A stretch of 54,144 nt of DNA, filler included, from Sphacelaria rigidula (GCA_964200075.2; 5 parts of 5 records of this genome joined end to end with filler, not necessarily neighbours in it); one strand, 5' to 3'; shown: positions 34,579-48,036, counted from the whole stretch's first letter. Numbers and translations: made by a program. The notes: generated by a model from the letters alone, not told the origin.

Positions 34579-34867
34579 GAATTTGTAGACCTGTTGAATC
34601 GCGAAAACCAAAGAGACGTGACCGCGGGTCAGAGACATCGCGGTCCGACTTGTGCGCCAGTACTCCGTGTGCCCGTCAGTCAGCGCTTGAGTGGAGCTCA
34701 AGCCCTTCCACGTCCGCAAATGTAAACCGGGGCCGTACAAAGGTTGAGCTAAATATAGAGGTCAATGAGAACTCGTGGGTCATGTACACCAACCGTGTAC
34801 ACCAGAAGGAATTCAATGACCAGGCAAATGATGATTCCATTCGACCCTGTGTGAGGGCTCAAGGCCG
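34579..34867 (+). CDS. MAPKKK-like kinase, exon upstream of the kinase domain
   Basis: The open frame ends ..VRAQGR with a CG|GTATAT phase-2 donor that joins the next exon to give QGR|WLCGDVIGEG. The acceptor is uncertain (34579 or 34589). Confidence 0.6.
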
Positions 34868-35006
34868 GTATATGTGAAGATCCTCAAATGAAGAAAGTAC
34901 GTCCCATAGACAGGTACGCGAACGGTACACTGAACGCAAGTTATTGACCGGGAAACTGATGATTTCTTCTGACCCTGAGGGAGATGTAAAAACCCTGTAT
35001 TTATTA

Positions 35007-35144
35007 CACACCCTGGACAATGAATTCTATTGTAAAAAAATGTACTGCGCACAGCATGGAATCTGTTGTCTATTGTTATAGGCGCAGTAGTCTATACTGT
35101 ACGCAGTACACTTTTTGACTGTGTATTCTATTGTCCAGGGTGTG
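35007..35144. mobile_element. hAT-like MITE (~140 bp) in a MAPKKK intron
   Basis: TIRs CACACCCTGGACAAT / ATTGTCCAGGGTGTG; 8-bp TSD ATTTATTA / ATTTATGA. Confidence 0.88.
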
Positions 35145-35257
35145 ATTTATGACGATTCGAACGTGGAACAATATGCGCCCCCGAGATCGGTAAAAATGGT
35201 GATACTTTGTTTTTGTTTTTATCGGTGGGCATGCCGCTTTCCCACTATTTCGTTCAG

Positions 35258-35431
35258 GTGGTTGTGCGGCGACGTGATTGGAGAGGGTGCTTTTGGCACT
35301 GTGAATATGGGACTCAATCTGGATACGGGAGAGCTCATGGCGGTGAAAAGCATCACTCTCAACCAAGGGGACCTGAGCTCAGTCGACGCTAAGTCGTTGG
35401 CGAACGAATTGGCTATCCTCCGGGACAATAA
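35258..35431 (+). CDS. MAP kinase kinase kinase (STE11/MEKK/NPK1-type) exon, subdomains I-III
   Basis: WLCGDVIGEGAFGTVNMGLNLDTGELMAVK..NELAILR; TTCAG acceptor, GTGAG donor. Confidence 0.93.
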
Positions 35432-37304
35432 GTGAGATGCCGAACCCCAGAAAGGGAAGACAGGGGCTGCAATGCCACAATTTCGAGCAAACACGCTGTG
35501 CTGTTGTCAGTCGTGATGTGCCTCTGTGTGTCATTCATCCAAAAGAGCGGGCTGTTGACGTTTTTAGTCCCATGGTTATGGAGCTTCATAAAAGTTGAAT
35601 CAGCGTTCACACGGGTTGACTGACTTCCCGTGAGAGTTGAATTCGAAGCATGAACCAAAGCGTCATTCGGTATGAATCACGGATGGTGAAGTTGTACGTT
35701 CAAGGTCATACCGCGTGGATCACGATCTAGAGTTGTGTACACTCCAAGTAGTGTCACACGAATTTAAGGGTATGTGTGTACGTATCACAATTTCTGTATG
35801 AATCATTGGTGGGAGAAATGTATCTACGATTCATGCTGCATGGATGGAAGGTGTGAGAAACATGCATCTATGATTCATGGCGTATGGATGGAAGGTGGGG
35901 AACGTGTGCCCGTGACTCATGCTGCATGAAGGAAAATGAAGAAACATGTACCTGTGATTCATACCATACGAATGGAAGGTGTAATAGTGTACCGCACGAA
36001 TCACGAATCCGAAACGTATACGAATAACAACTTGTTCACGAATCGTGTGATAAATTCGTACTATGTTGAGTGTAAGTCGAATCACGATTTCATTCGTCCG
36101 AACCGTGACATGTTTAGGGTGATTATGCGAGAGAAAATGGCGCCGATTTCGTCAATTATTTTATCTGGAAGGGACTGCTGTGACTGCGCCGGATGTTGTG
36201 AGATGCGACAAACTAGACATGCCATGTTGCTCCCATGAGTGATGGCTCTCACCGTTGTTTCGGGTGCATCAGCTATACAGCTCATCATTTAGGCCAAGTG
36301 TAGAAGACTAGGAAATGAAATAGGATCTGAAGTAAAGATTACCACCCGGTTTTACACGAATATACTGTCACCGGCGTATTTCTGTATTTTCATGCATCGC
36401 GGGGTTCTGCTTTCGTCTCAGTCATCGTGTTCCTTTTTCCCGTTGTGTGTCGCGCTGCTGATGTTTGTCCTTGTTTCCTTGATTTGTTGCGATCGCCGGT
36501 GGATTTACTCACGATTTATGCTGCCTTGTACAGCGGATTCATGGTTGTAATATACGTTTCGATTTTCATGTTCAAAATTTGCATCACAACGAAATGAGTT
36601 ACTTGATTGATTTTCGGACCGCCCTTGATTTTCGCCGTATTTTTTTTCGGAATTCGCCATGTCTTGACGATTGACCGTGGGGGTCGCCATTCCTCCGTTG
36701 ACGGGAAGTTTAGATGCGCACATGACCACAAATGTACCGTGCAGGATGCCAACAACTATCGCGACTTTATGTGACATGGTACGGGTGTTTGATATTCCCG
36801 CAGTGCCCGCGATATGTTCATTTTACCGCGTAGGTACCGCATTCGTCCGGCTCCGTACCATCTGTACCGCACTTTCCGAAAGGCCAGATGCCGAGGTTCC
36901 GTAGAACTCACGAGTATTGAATTCTGCGCCGTGCGCTGCTGTGATACCGCGAAAATCAAGTGTCATACCGTATGGTCAACTCCGGAGAATCTATCCCCTG
37001 AAAATATCCCACATGTGTCAAGCCACCCGTGTTCCATTTCACAAGAAAACATAAATGGTTTGATAGTTTCAGTGAACAGCGCGTTGACGAGTCTATACAC
37101 AGATTATTTTATCGCACACATTCCGCCTTGACTTTACCCGTCCTTCATTTCTGACGGGACTGTGACTTGAGCCCTGGTTACTACTCTGGTGCAAAGGGGG
37201 ATGGATGGGGGGGGGGGGGGGGGGGAGTTTTGGTGTTGCCAAAGAGAAAAATATGGGTAAAAAAGGGGGGGGGGCTCCCCCCTTGGTTTNNNNNNNNNNT
37301 GGTG

Positions 37305-37352
<48 letters not shown>

Positions 37353-37524
37353 GCTTTGATGCTGCCGAAGAGTAACATATCGGTATAACATGGGTGGCGG
37401 CTTCCACCTTGGTATTTGCAATCAATTTCGAAGTAGTCGTATGGCACACGGTAGCAAAAATGACCAAAAGCAAGGCTATTGAGCAACACGAAAGCTGAAA
37501 ACACTCACTCCTTCAACACGCTCA

Positions 37525-37850
37525 CCTCCCCAATGGTGAGGCACCCATGAGACAGTGCATGGGCTGTGGCTGTCTCTGGAAGTGGCGATACCAGATAATG
37601 AAGCAACTCATTGGAGTCTATCATCCAAATGCAAGATAACCAGTAGGCTTCTTCGGGCCGAACAATCTTAGCAGGGTGCAGCTCACCCTTCATGCGACTC
37701 GCCGAACACACCACGGCGCTTCGCGCTTGGTAATAGATTGCGAGCCTGGTCCGGCGAAAACCCGGTGTGCTCCATCCCGACTTCGTAGGGATGCGAGGTC
37801 AATGGTCTAAGGACTATGGCATGCATCATCATGAGTACACCCCTCCCTCC
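37525..37850. repeat. Copy of the G/C-tract-embedded dispersed repeat in a MAPKKK intron
   Basis: Reverse complement of 2796-3118; C-runs at both ends. Confidence 0.8.
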
Positions 37851-37931
37851 CCCTTCGCCAAACACAAAACAACGCGAGTTTCAAGTCTACCCATTCAATC
37901 CATGTCGTCGAATCCATCGAAATCCGAACAG

Positions 37932-38139
37932 ACACGAAAACATCGTACGGTGTTACGGGAGCGGTACTAGGGACAACACAATGTCAATTTTTTTGGAGTA
38001 CATGCCGGGGGGCAGCGTACGCAAAATCTTGGACAGGTTCGGGGCGTTCGAGGAGAAAATCACGCGCATTTACGCTGCGCAGATGATGCGAGGGTTGAAC
38101 TTTTTGCATCGGAATGGCGTGGCCCACCGTGACATCAAG
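37932..38139 (+). CDS. MAPKKK exon, subdomains IV-VIb
   Basis: K|HENIVRCYG..IFLEYMPGGSVRKILDRFGAFEE..YAAQMMRGLNFLHRNGVAHRDIK; CAG acceptor, GTACG donor, phases 2/0. Confidence 0.95.
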
Positions 38140-38783
38140 GTACGCTTACTTTTCAACCGCCGGATCGTTTGGCGTCGTTTGGTCGTGGTGTGGATATGTG
38201 AGCGTTAGCTTGAGCGGGTTTTGGGGGCTTGAATTTTCCAAGACTATATATATATACATATATATATTCTACTGGTTTTTCATTGTCGGAATATGTGAGA
38301 ATAACGTTTTTTTCTAAGTAATCAACTGCGATGAAAGTGGACAGGTAACGCGAGTACCTGCTCAATGCTCGATAGGGCGATCTAAGGCAGGTACAGTATA
38401 TTCTTGGGGAGATATGGGTTGAATATCTTTTGACTACGGACTCGACTCGAGGAGGGAGGATTGAAGGGTTGTACTTGCTTAAACAAAGATTTTTTTTTTT
38501 TTTTCGCTCCATGGCGACGACGGCCGAGGTAGTTTCTGCTATAGCCTCTGACCTGTTGTGTTTGCAGTAGTACCAGCTTTCTACTTTGTTGACTTCCATT
38601 TTAACAGCAGCAGCAGCGATAGTTATATTTCTTCAAGTATTCATACCGCAATTTTTACCTGCATTTTTTGTTTTCTCCGAATTTTGCTTCAACTTTCATG
38701 TTAAGGCTAAGTACTCGACGTCGCTGGTTGTTGTTGTTGTTGTTGTCGTTGTTGTTGTCCTTTTCTTGTGATTCCGTGTGCAG

Positions 38784-38855
38784 GCGGCCAACTGTCTCGT
38801 GGATCAACGGGGCGGGATAAAGCTTGCAGACTTCGGTATGTCCAAGCGGATGGTG
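38784..38855 (+). CDS. MAPKKK exon, subdomains VIb-VII
   Basis: AANCLVDQRGGIKLADFGMSKRMV; TGCAG acceptor, GTGAG donor. Confidence 0.95.
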
Positions 38856-38904
38856 GTGAGTTGGGCGCAATATGCACAAGTGGAGACCAATGCAGGAAAT
38901 ATAG

Positions 38905-39164
38905 CACACTTCGGACGAATCATCCCCGAAACAAACCACCGAATCCACGGTTTTTCAGGCTAGGTTGCTCATCAAAGAGAAAAAAAAGTTCATCGGTGGT
39001 CAGAAAGATCTCGATGCATTTCTTGCGCCATTCTACGTGCCTGGGCTGCGCGTACCTGGGTTGCAACGCTGAAAACAAAGTTGAAGGATTGATTCGTACG
39101 GTACGAATCAATCACACTAAAATCATGTCATTTTCAGACGAATCATTAATTCGTCCGACCAGTG
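38905..39164. mobile_element. hAT-like MITE (~260 bp), second copy at 40165-40428
   Basis: TIR core TCGGACGAAT / ATTCGTCCGA. The 8-bp flanks are degenerate (AAATATAG / GAATATTG). There is an internal 13-bp-arm palindrome GATTGATTCGTAC-G-GTACGAATCAATC at 39087-39113. Confidence 0.75.
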
Positions 39165-39976
39165 GAATATTGATAGGCACCGATTGACAAGGCATTCGAA
39201 CGCCAAGAGCGAGGGTGAGAGAGGAAAGAGGGAGACATGGATAGACTTGACAGATGAACCAACAGACGAGCAGACATGAGACAGGCAGGCAAGAGTGATC
39301 GACACGAACACAGACAGATGGAGGAAAAAAAATATCGACAGAGCGCAAGCGACATGTGAGAAAAAAGATGATGGCACAGGAGGTAAAAGAGGCAGATAAG
39401 GGATGAAGACAAGGCAAACATAGAGACGAATGCAGAAGGGCACTGGTCGTGAAAAAGGTAATCCTGGATGTGGGTGGGGTACAGCGGTCAGCGAGATTTC
39501 ACTCGTGCAGATGAAGTCAAGGTACGCCTTTTTGATCCACCGAGGGGTTTAGCGGAAAGAAGTACGAAAGAGACAAGCATTCGCCAACCGTGGCTTCAAA
39601 TGATCATGAGCGGTGGCGCTCAAGGAGAGTAGACACGAAAAAGTATACCTTTATGTTGTTCCGGGCCGAGTTCGGGTATAGCACAGCCTTGGTGAGATAC
39701 CAGCAACTCTACGGCGATGCTGAGCATTATCCCGTTGGTTTCTCGCAGTAGACGTGTAGAAAGGAATCAACACCGCGTGTTTCCGGAAAAAAGGACACGT
39801 CGGGTCAGGTCCGCGTCTCTGATGGACCGTAAAAAATACTCGCTGATCGCTGCGCCTTCAAGTGACTTCAAACAACAAGGTATACCTTTTTCCTGGCCAC
39901 TATCTGAGACACAGTGAGAGAGAGAGCGGCGGGATCATTTGACGAACATTGCGGAACAAATGAAATTAAGAGACGC

Positions 39977-40018
<42 letters not shown>

Positions 40019-40164
40019 TTGTTCGGGCGATGTGGTTCGGTTGATTTCTCTGCCACGCTTTCTACATGAACGTTTGCAGCCCACCTCCATAGCTTGTTGG
40101 TGTGAAACTCTTTGTCGTTGGTCATGCTGCCACTTTCAGAATGGAACCTATTGGCCAAGTTGTA

Positions 40165-40428
40165 CACGGTTCGGACGAATCATCGCCGGTTCGAATCACC
40201 AAATCCACGATTTTTGGACCTGATTGATCGAAAGAGGGAAAAAAAGTCGACTGCTGGTCAAACCGGTCTGTCTCCACGCAACTTTTGCGCCATTCCACGT
40301 GTGTCTGGGCTTCGCGTACCTGGGTTGCAACGCTGAAAACAACGCGTGAGGATTGATTCGTACGGTACGAATCAGTTACACTAAAATCAAGTTATTTCCA
40401 GACGAGTCATTAATTCCTCCGACCCTTG
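40165..40428. mobile_element. hAT-like MITE, second copy in the same intron
   Basis: Aligns with 38905-39164; 8-bp flanks AAGTTGTA / AAATTGTG. Confidence 0.75.
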
Positions 40429-40603
40429 AAATTGTGTACTATTTTTGCATCACTGTACCGTAATTTTTGTGACCCGACGGTGGTGCCTTTTCTTGTGTGT
40501 CTGTGTGTCCGTGTGTCCGTGTGACCGTGTGACCTTGTTTTTGTGTTCCTACGTATTTGTTATTCTGCGTTTTGCTCTTGCCTCGCGACGCTGACGTGAC
40601 CAG

Positions 40604-40681
40604 GGGCTGGCCGGCACGGCAAATGCTGGTGTGCAAAGCGTTAAAGGCACTCCATTCTGGATGGCTCCAGAGGTTTTGCAG
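40604..40681 (+). CDS. MAPKKK exon, activation loop and subdomain VIII; later exons lie off the contig
   Basis: GLAGTANAGVQSVKGTPFWMAPEVLQ; CTGAC branch point, CAG acceptor, GTGCC donor, 78 nt. Not in the ORF track. Confidence 0.95.
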
Positions 40682-41491
40682 GTGCCATATTATTCTGATC
40701 TGATTTGGTGTGCGCCTACTCCGTTTGTACAGTGTAGCAGCTTGCGCTGATTTTTATTATCTTTTCTTATTATTGTTTTTTGTTTGTCGAACTTTGAAGC
40801 CCACCCTTTTCCTCGGGACAAGTCCGTGGTCTTAAGGGATCAATCCATCTCTCCCAGGCGCTGGTATGGTGTGATTTAGCATTATCACCTGATTTGATAT
40901 GATTCTATTTTAGATTGCATTAGACTTGGAACGATATGCACGGTGAGACGGCAACATCAAGTCGACAGTGTCGACAAGGATACTGCTGCGCACGAAAGTC
41001 TTCACCACGAGCCGCGTGTAGAATGAGTGACTGCAAAAGAAAAGATTCCACGACATGAACACACGGCCGATGGGATGGATGCTGACGCTACTCGGAAGTT
41101 GAGTTGCACTACAGCACGAGCCAGGCGTTAATTTTCGCGGCATGTTTTCGTTTCAACTGAATATATTCATTCATGTGTATGGTACGGGATATCTGATATG
41201 ATGGGACAGGTGACGACCTCAGGGTCTTGCACGTAGTGTGCATTATGATGTGATGTAGTGTACCTAGAAGTACTCAATACGACCCACTGGCCTGATGTGA
41301 TATGAGATGATATATATAACGTGGAATGATCTGAGATAATAGGAGATGGTGTAAGATGATGTGTATGAGTTGAGATGAGATGATGTGTATGAGAGAATAT
41401 GAGATAATACGGTATAATAAAGTATGATGAGGCATTATATGGCCTCATTCTGGATGGCTCCAATTATCATCAGTCGTAGTATTGATGTTAT

Positions 41492-41543
<52 letters not shown>
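41492..41543. repeat. (TAG)n microsatellite
   Basis: Directly visible. An (AG)n tract also lies at 39980-40015. Confidence 0.95.
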
Positions 41544-41546
<3 letters not shown>

Positions 41547-41575
41547 TGTCGGTACTGTCATTACTAACACTGCTA

Positions 41576-42152
41576 CTTCCTGCCTCGTAAGTCTGGGCAC
41601 CTACGGGCGTTTAATCGTTCGGGTTTTTCAACGTTGACGATCCTATGGTTGTGTTCGTCAGGGAGGTGAAGCGCAGACGAAGCTGATGAAGAAAAAAATA
41701 TATCTGTTTTCATGATCAAAATTATGTCGAAATATACCCCATTTTGACCCTTTTTGATCCATTTATACCCCATCATTGACCTAATTTGGACGTTTTCACG
41801 TCGATCATTAGCAATTACATGCTAACAACTATTAGATGGGGCGTGCGTAGGTTAGGACATGTCCAAAACCAATGGTGATTTCGCGATTGTCACATTCTCT
41901 GGCCCATTTTTCGCGATTTTTCGTGTTCCCGGGTCTCTCATGCTTTCCTGGGGAAACGAGCAAAAAGTGGACGTTTTCGGACCAACCTACTTTTCTCGGC
42001 CGCGCAGCTTCATGGGTCAAGCACCCACGTTGTAGATTGTTGGTCTTGGCTAACAGAACGTCGACAAATGCAATGAAATAATCGAAAATCAAATATCACC
42101 CCGTTAAGGACTCGTACAACCGTAAGTGCCCAGACTCATGAGACGGAGGAAG
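41576..42152. mobile_element. Stowaway-like (Tc1/mariner) MITE
   Basis: TA|CTTCCTGCCTCGTAAGTCTGGGCACCTACGG ... CCGTAAGTGCCCAGACTCATGAGACGGAGGAAG|TA. The TIR resembles CTCCCTCCGT. Confidence 0.75.
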
Positions 42153-43007
42153 TATGTCGTGATTATCGTCATGGGTTGTCATCGCAGTCATCATCACTAT
42201 TAAATATTGATATCATGTTATTGTTGACCCTTAGACAGCGACCCCACCGCAGGTGGACGGACACCAGCTCTTTACTCAGTACAAAACGCATTTTTTTTCA
42301 TAAATAGGCATGTGTGGGGCATCTATACAGGAAATAGTCCCGAAGAACCCCTGACCGGTCTCGACCTTACAGTCTGGTGCGTGTAGAGTCTAAATGTGTG
42401 CTGTGTGTCTTCGTTAGATTCAACGGCAGGAAACAGTCAGCGTACCATTGATTTTCACTGAACACAGTATGCTGCATGCTGCTCATGTCTCTGCTTAGTG
42501 TTCCACAACAACACGACAGATCGTGTGAAGCTACGCTGACAACGCATGAGGAGTGAGGCAGGCGGCATAGACCACGAGTAGAGTAAAAAAATCTTCATTT
42601 CTGTCCATTTTACGTATGGTTGAATCGTCCCGACCAAAATAAGATCAACGGCTAGACAGCGAAGTTGTCCATCTGTATTTTCCGTCGGTAGGGGAACAAA
42701 ATGACCCTTTTGATAGCCCTGATTGATCAGAGTAGTCACTTTGCTCCTCTTGGGCCTCGTTCCTGGCTTTCAATTTTCTCTGGGAAACTCTCAAAACACA
42801 CATGGTGTTGACTTGGTGAGCTTTTCGACTGTATTGCGAACAGGTCCCCACCCCCCTGTCAGAACTCCCCCCTCCCCCTCCCCACCGCCTGGAAACTCCG
42901 GGATGACCCTGGACTGCTAGTCTGTGGAATTGTTCCAAGGCGACGCTCGCTGTCTAAGCGTTAGCGTTAGCGGCTGGTTCACGTTCATCACCCAAAAAAC
43001 ACTCATC

Positions 43008-43290
43008 GGCAAAACCTCACGCCGTTTTAAGGAGTTGGACCCTGAAAATTTGCACGAATGTTTTATGGGTCATTACGCAATTTTGCAGGAACGTTTTTAT
43101 TTTTTACATTTATTTTTACTTTTTTCACCGTTATCGAGGGTCCCAGTTTTTTGGGGGAAACCTCGACCCAATCGGACCCCCGTAAAACGGTAACAAAAAA
43201 ACTTGTCCACCCAAAGTTGCGTAATGTCCCAAAGCACAGTTGTGCAAAATTTCAGGGTCTAACTCCTTAAAACGGCGTGAGGGTTTTGGC
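43008..43290. mobile_element. MITE with ~50-bp inverted arms, right end at the contig break
   Basis: CCTCACGCCGTTTTAAGGAGTTGGACCCTGAAAATTTGCAC / GTGCAAAATTTCAGGGTCTAACTCCTTAAAACGGCGTGAGG. Confidence 0.75.
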
Positions 43291-43297
43291 CTTTGTG

Positions 43298-43397
43298 NNN
43301 NNNNNNNNNNNNNNNNNNNNNNNNNNNNNNNNNNNNNNNNNTTAATTAATTAANNNNNNNNNNNNNNNNNNNNNNNNNNNNNNNNNNNNNNNNNNNN
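43298..43397. other. Artificial contig linker
   Basis: 44 N + TTAATTAATTAA + 44 N. Confidence 0.97.
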
Positions 43398-44354
43398 GCA
43401 AGTGATCTTCACTTGCTCCATCCCCCACCCCGCCCTTTCCCCCCCCTTCCCCCCCTCCCCTCCCCCTCTCCAACTACCCACCAACACCCCAAAAGGGAGG
43501 CGAAAACACCGTCAATCTTCCGGAAATTCCCAAGCGGTTTTTTTTTTCCCGAAAAAATAGCAGATAGCAGATTGGCTCTTGGGGGCGGCTTACGAAAAGG
43601 CAATAGCGGGTCGGCAGTTCCAAGTTGACAAGCCGAACTTCGACCCACGCCGATGCCCATCTTTACCCACCCCTCGCATGTAGGTGGGACTGCGAAACAA
43701 CCCCAGCCAGCCCCCAGCTTTATTTCCCCTTTCCTCACCCCCAGCGGACGAACTGAAATATCTGACGTACGTAAAAAAGACGAAGAGTAAAAACAAAGGA
43801 GAAAAACGCAACTAGACAAGACAAGACAAGCAAAGACAAAACGAAAAAAACAAACAAAAGTAACTTCACATACAGTACAAAAGACAAAACGAGCGGGGGG
43901 TTGGGGGGGGGGGGGGGGGGGCAAAGATCAAGGACCAACCACCACGGTGACTGATACGAAAAAATTGATATCATTTTCTTTTCGCTTACAGTACCACCCA
44001 ACACTTTTTCATCGCGTTCTCAACTTCGTACAGAACACGAGCCTGGGTACACCCCCCACAGGTCAACGTTTCAAGTTGTTAATGGTAAAAACAAGATAAA
44101 GTCACCAACCGCTTCACATTCAGCCTCTCTAAGGGAGATAGAGATATGCTACGAGTCATTTTGAGCTCCCGACACCGAGGGTCGCGTGATATTTGGGAAC
44201 GCGTGCAGTAGAAGACGCAACGCGTGCAGTTTCCTCTTGAACCTTCCCCGATTTTTTTTCGTCGGTTGTTCTTTCAACTATGTGCAGTGTAAATGCTTGT
44301 TACAAGAGAGGAATACTTCCTCAACATATTGTCCGGCCATCCTCAATCGCTCAG

Positions 44355-44447
44355 GTGTCCCCGGCGCCGGCGGCGTCGGAGGGTTTCAACATTCGTCCTC
44401 TCGACCAACAGTCAGGATCGCCAAGCACGTCCCGACTATTCTTGTAA
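44355..44447 (+). CDS. Possible terminal exon of a convergent plus-strand gene (VSPAPAASEGFNIRPLDQQSGSPSTSRLFL*)
   Basis: CTCAG acceptor followed by a GC-rich open frame to TAA. No homology recognised and the frame is unconstrained. Confidence 0.22.
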   Translation: MSPAPAASEGFNIRPLDQQSGSPSTSRLFL

Positions 44448-45541
44448 AACGTCTTACACAACAGTTCCCAAGGACTTCGAGAAAGAGCCAGTACACGGGG
44501 AACAAAGGAAAAAGTAAATTGATCGGAATTAACACAAAACAATATTTTCGGAAGAACTCCCACAATATCGTACACTCACCATATGAGTACAAATTTCCCC
44601 TCTGTATGTAATACTGGCAGACCGGCAGACTTAACACGATGCTCAGGAGGAGCAAACACAGCACTCCACCCACGCTTGCCACACACACACAGCAACGACA
44701 ATTCAAAACGGGGACAAACATGCAGAAGTCTGCGATTTTGGACAACGGGACGAACATTCAATAACCCTCCCGCGAGAAAAAAACACAAAAGATAACGAAC
44801 AGAGAATACCGGTGGGGAAGGGGGTGACACCGAAGAACAGCACATCTCGTTTATTTGGCATCCTCCATGTTCATCGCAACGGCCAAATGAGTAGCGATGT
44901 AGGATACCGCAAGCCATATCCTACCACAAAATGTGCAAATGAAGAAATGACTACTCTCTCTCTTTCTCCCCTTGGGTGGGTTTTCACAAACGCATGGGAT
45001 GGGTGGAGACATCCGCAGCACACCTGCCGAGTAGAAAATACAAAAAAAAAAAAAAGAGTGAAGAAAAAGTGACCGACTCCCCGACTCTGTCATCATCCTT
45101 GTTGACCTCTGTCGCCCTCATCTAAACTCCCCATGAAGTGTTTCCCCCAAAAGACAACAGGTACAGAAGCGAAGCGATAAGCAGAAGTAAACAGCACACA
45201 ACCCACGAGCTACACCAAAGGGACATGAAGATAAAATACACTCAAGTTATCAAAAACGAAACGCCCGACAAACATGCAAAAAGTCTCGGTCACATCCACA
45301 ACCGCTGCGCGCCCGACCGGGCCACAGGAGCATGGCAATAACAACGACATAATTTCGTGCTAAGTGCGCGCGCACGGAGTAAACCTCAAGCACCGCTGCG
45401 GCCCACGAAAATCGCTCCTAGCTTTCACCTCACTTTGTACTACCATTTCCCGGGGCTTCGAACATGAGGTGAGAAATGCTTACAGATATTATCCCGATCC
45501 TTCCGCATCTCCCTCTCACATCATCTCACCATTGCGTGGTT

Positions 45542-46952
45542 TCACATATAGGCATAACGCTCGTGTAGCACCCCGCCCGCGCCGGCGTGTACACCATACC
45601 CGTCGCTCCGACCGCCAGCGGCCGCCACCGCCGCCAGCCTCACCAGCGGGGGCATATACCCGCCGCCACCCCTCACCCGCCGCCCGACAGTATCTTCATC
45701 GTGGTTGCTGCGCCGTTCCCACTCGGAGATGCTGTGGTGAAACCTTCTATACCCCGAGTCACTTCCCCCCGGGTTGCGGCGAAAACCACCGCTACTGCCG
45801 CCGCCGTGCTTGGTCTCGCCTTCCACACTCCGCTCAGCAGACAGCTTTTTCCCTGAAGCAGCGTCGCAACTCGCGGCGTCACCACCGGTACCGCGGTCGC
45901 CTACCGCACCCGGCGCCACAGTGTCGCTGTGCTCACTGTCCGTCTCGCCGCTTGCACTCGGGGACCCCGGCGTCTTCACGATAGGGGGAAGTGCTCGGGA
46001 ATTTCGCGAGGCTGTCTCGTTGCCAGCGGTCGGTGGGAGAAATCCCACGTCCGAATCTCCGGGCGGGGCTTTCGAAGAAGACGACTTCTCTGAGGAGGAC
46101 GATGCCGCGACGGTAACGCGAAGCCCGGCGGCTATGACGCCGGATCGTGGCGTAGTAGTAGCGGCGCTGTCACCGCTCAATGAGGTGTTGTCTCCGTCGT
46201 CGTGGTCATTGCTGGTATTGCCGATGTGACTCTCGGGTCCTGCATCCGTGCGCACAGGCGCGCGAGAACCGAAGGACAAGTGTTGCTTTTGTTTTTCTTG
46301 CTGCCGCTGGCATGTCAGCGCGCCGTCTCTGTCCAGATCGCTTCCCATGGCATCTACCTCTGCAGAGTGCGACTCTGAGGCGGCAGTGCGGCGCGCCGAC
46401 GGATAACTACTTTCCCGGGGAGAAAGTTCTCCACAAGTATCTGCGAGTCTTTCTTTGCCGTTGTCGCGGCTGCGCGGCTTGTCCGAACTCCCGGTCTGTG
46501 ATTCTACCGTCTTGTCCGCTAGGGGATCAGTGTCGAAATGTTTTTTCGGCGACGGCGACGACGATGATGGTGATGAATTCATGGGTACCTTCCCCAGACC
46601 AACAAGGATCTCAGCCTCAGCTTTGCAGTCCCCCATCGCCTTATCGGCTGTCGTCGACGCCGGAGAAGCAGCAGCGTCGCCCTTGCCTGCGGTCTCAGAG
46701 CTTCCCTGCGACGGCGGTCGGCTCGCCGAACGGTCCCGAGCGCAGCACACGGAGTTCTTTTTGGTCAGAGTAGGGCTCGTCGCGGCTGCCGTGCAGTCGT
46801 CGGTGGAGGCGGCCGGGCCGTTTTTCTCGTCCGGCGAGTTTGGCGAAGAATAGGCAGCCCTTTGCCCCGCCACAGCCAAGAGCTGATCCTGTTTAGCCCT
46901 GTGCGCGCGGCTCAACCCGTCGTATTTTCTTCTCGCGGCATCGAGTTCTCTC
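45542..46952 (-). CDS. Probable terminal exon of a large low-complexity protein (short coiled coil, then a Ser/Ala/Gly-rich disordered tail)
   Basis: 1.4-kb GC-rich open frame. A CCCTCAG acceptor extends the listed ORF with RELDAARRKYDGL. It ends at TGA. Confidence 0.8.
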
Positions 46953-47989
46953 CTGAGGGTTAATAGGTGAAAGTTGTTCGGAAGGCGGTGGTAAGCACAA
47001 GGCGTGGTGACGGAGTATCGAAATCAACAGAGTGAGACAGGCACGAGCGGGAAGAAGTGGAGACAGCAAAACCTGGAGAGAAGCCCATGATCGTCAGTGA
47101 CTCGGGAGTCGGTACCCAGGGTTCGGTACCGGCTTTGCGCTGAATTGTGCTGTTGGCTTGCCAATGCCATTGGGATTGCGCCCGAACACGAAAGCTTGAG
47201 TATTTTCAATACTGAAACACCGTTGTACACGCTGGGTGGCTCGCCATCAGTATGTAGGACAACCCCTCGCAACGGGGCATTTCTATAAGCCGACAAAAGG
47301 TTGGGTCCCGGTAAGCATGGAACCGATACATGTTCACGCGTCAACTATAGTTTGTCCTTGGACCGGAAATCACACCGTTTCGACGGTTCTATAGATACTG
47401 GCGGTGTTGTGAAGTACCGACTGCATTCCCCAACCCACGCCTATAAATGGCTACATACAGCACGGCCATCAAATACACAATAGTCTATGCTGCTCCCGTG
47501 TCAGCGTCATGAGCTTCAATCAGTGCCCCGATGCGTGAGACCTCTTCGAAAATCAGTAAGGGCGGGTGGACGACACAAACAAGGACGGTTATTTTTTTCC
47601 CGTGAGCTCGAAAAGTCTACTCGTCGGTGGGAAATGTCCGTTAACTATCTCGCTCCGAAGATAGACCAAAAATCAAGTCTGTTCGTAAAGGAACATAGTC
47701 GTAGCTATAATAGGATTGCTGGTGTATTTATTCCACCTATTCCTGGGCCGTCCTGACAAGTGCCCCGCTCCCCACCACAAGGTACACCCCGCTTCTGCTC
47801 GTCTGCGGGACTACCACCCAAAATTTCTTGTTCCGAGGTGAAGCTGGCATTGAAAGGATGGATGGGCATTATGGAGAGCAAGCTTCACCTCGCGTACGTT
47901 CCTGACCACTCCATATTGGAGACCCACGCCTACTCGGACATCACTCCACTACATACGTGAACACAATTGAGATATTCGCAACAAATTAC

Positions 47990-48036
47990 CTTGCTGACAG
48001 CAACTCCTGCTCGCTCTCCACCAACTCCTTCGTCAG
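47990..48036 (-). CDS. Small exon (LTKELVESEQELLSAR), coiled-coil-like, same gene
   Basis: CAG acceptor and AG|GTAATT phase-2 donor matching the terminal exon. Confidence 0.65.

Noticed and set aside
37205-37420. Tandem duplication around poly-G and poly-Pro/Gly ORFs
   Set aside because: The first copy is a degraded version of the second, next to a 10-N gap after a G homopolymer. This is typical of low-quality reads at a scaffold join.
40682-43297. MAPKKK truncated or pseudogenised because subdomains IX-XI are missing
   Set aside because: The visible exons are intact and the contig simply ends within a long intron.
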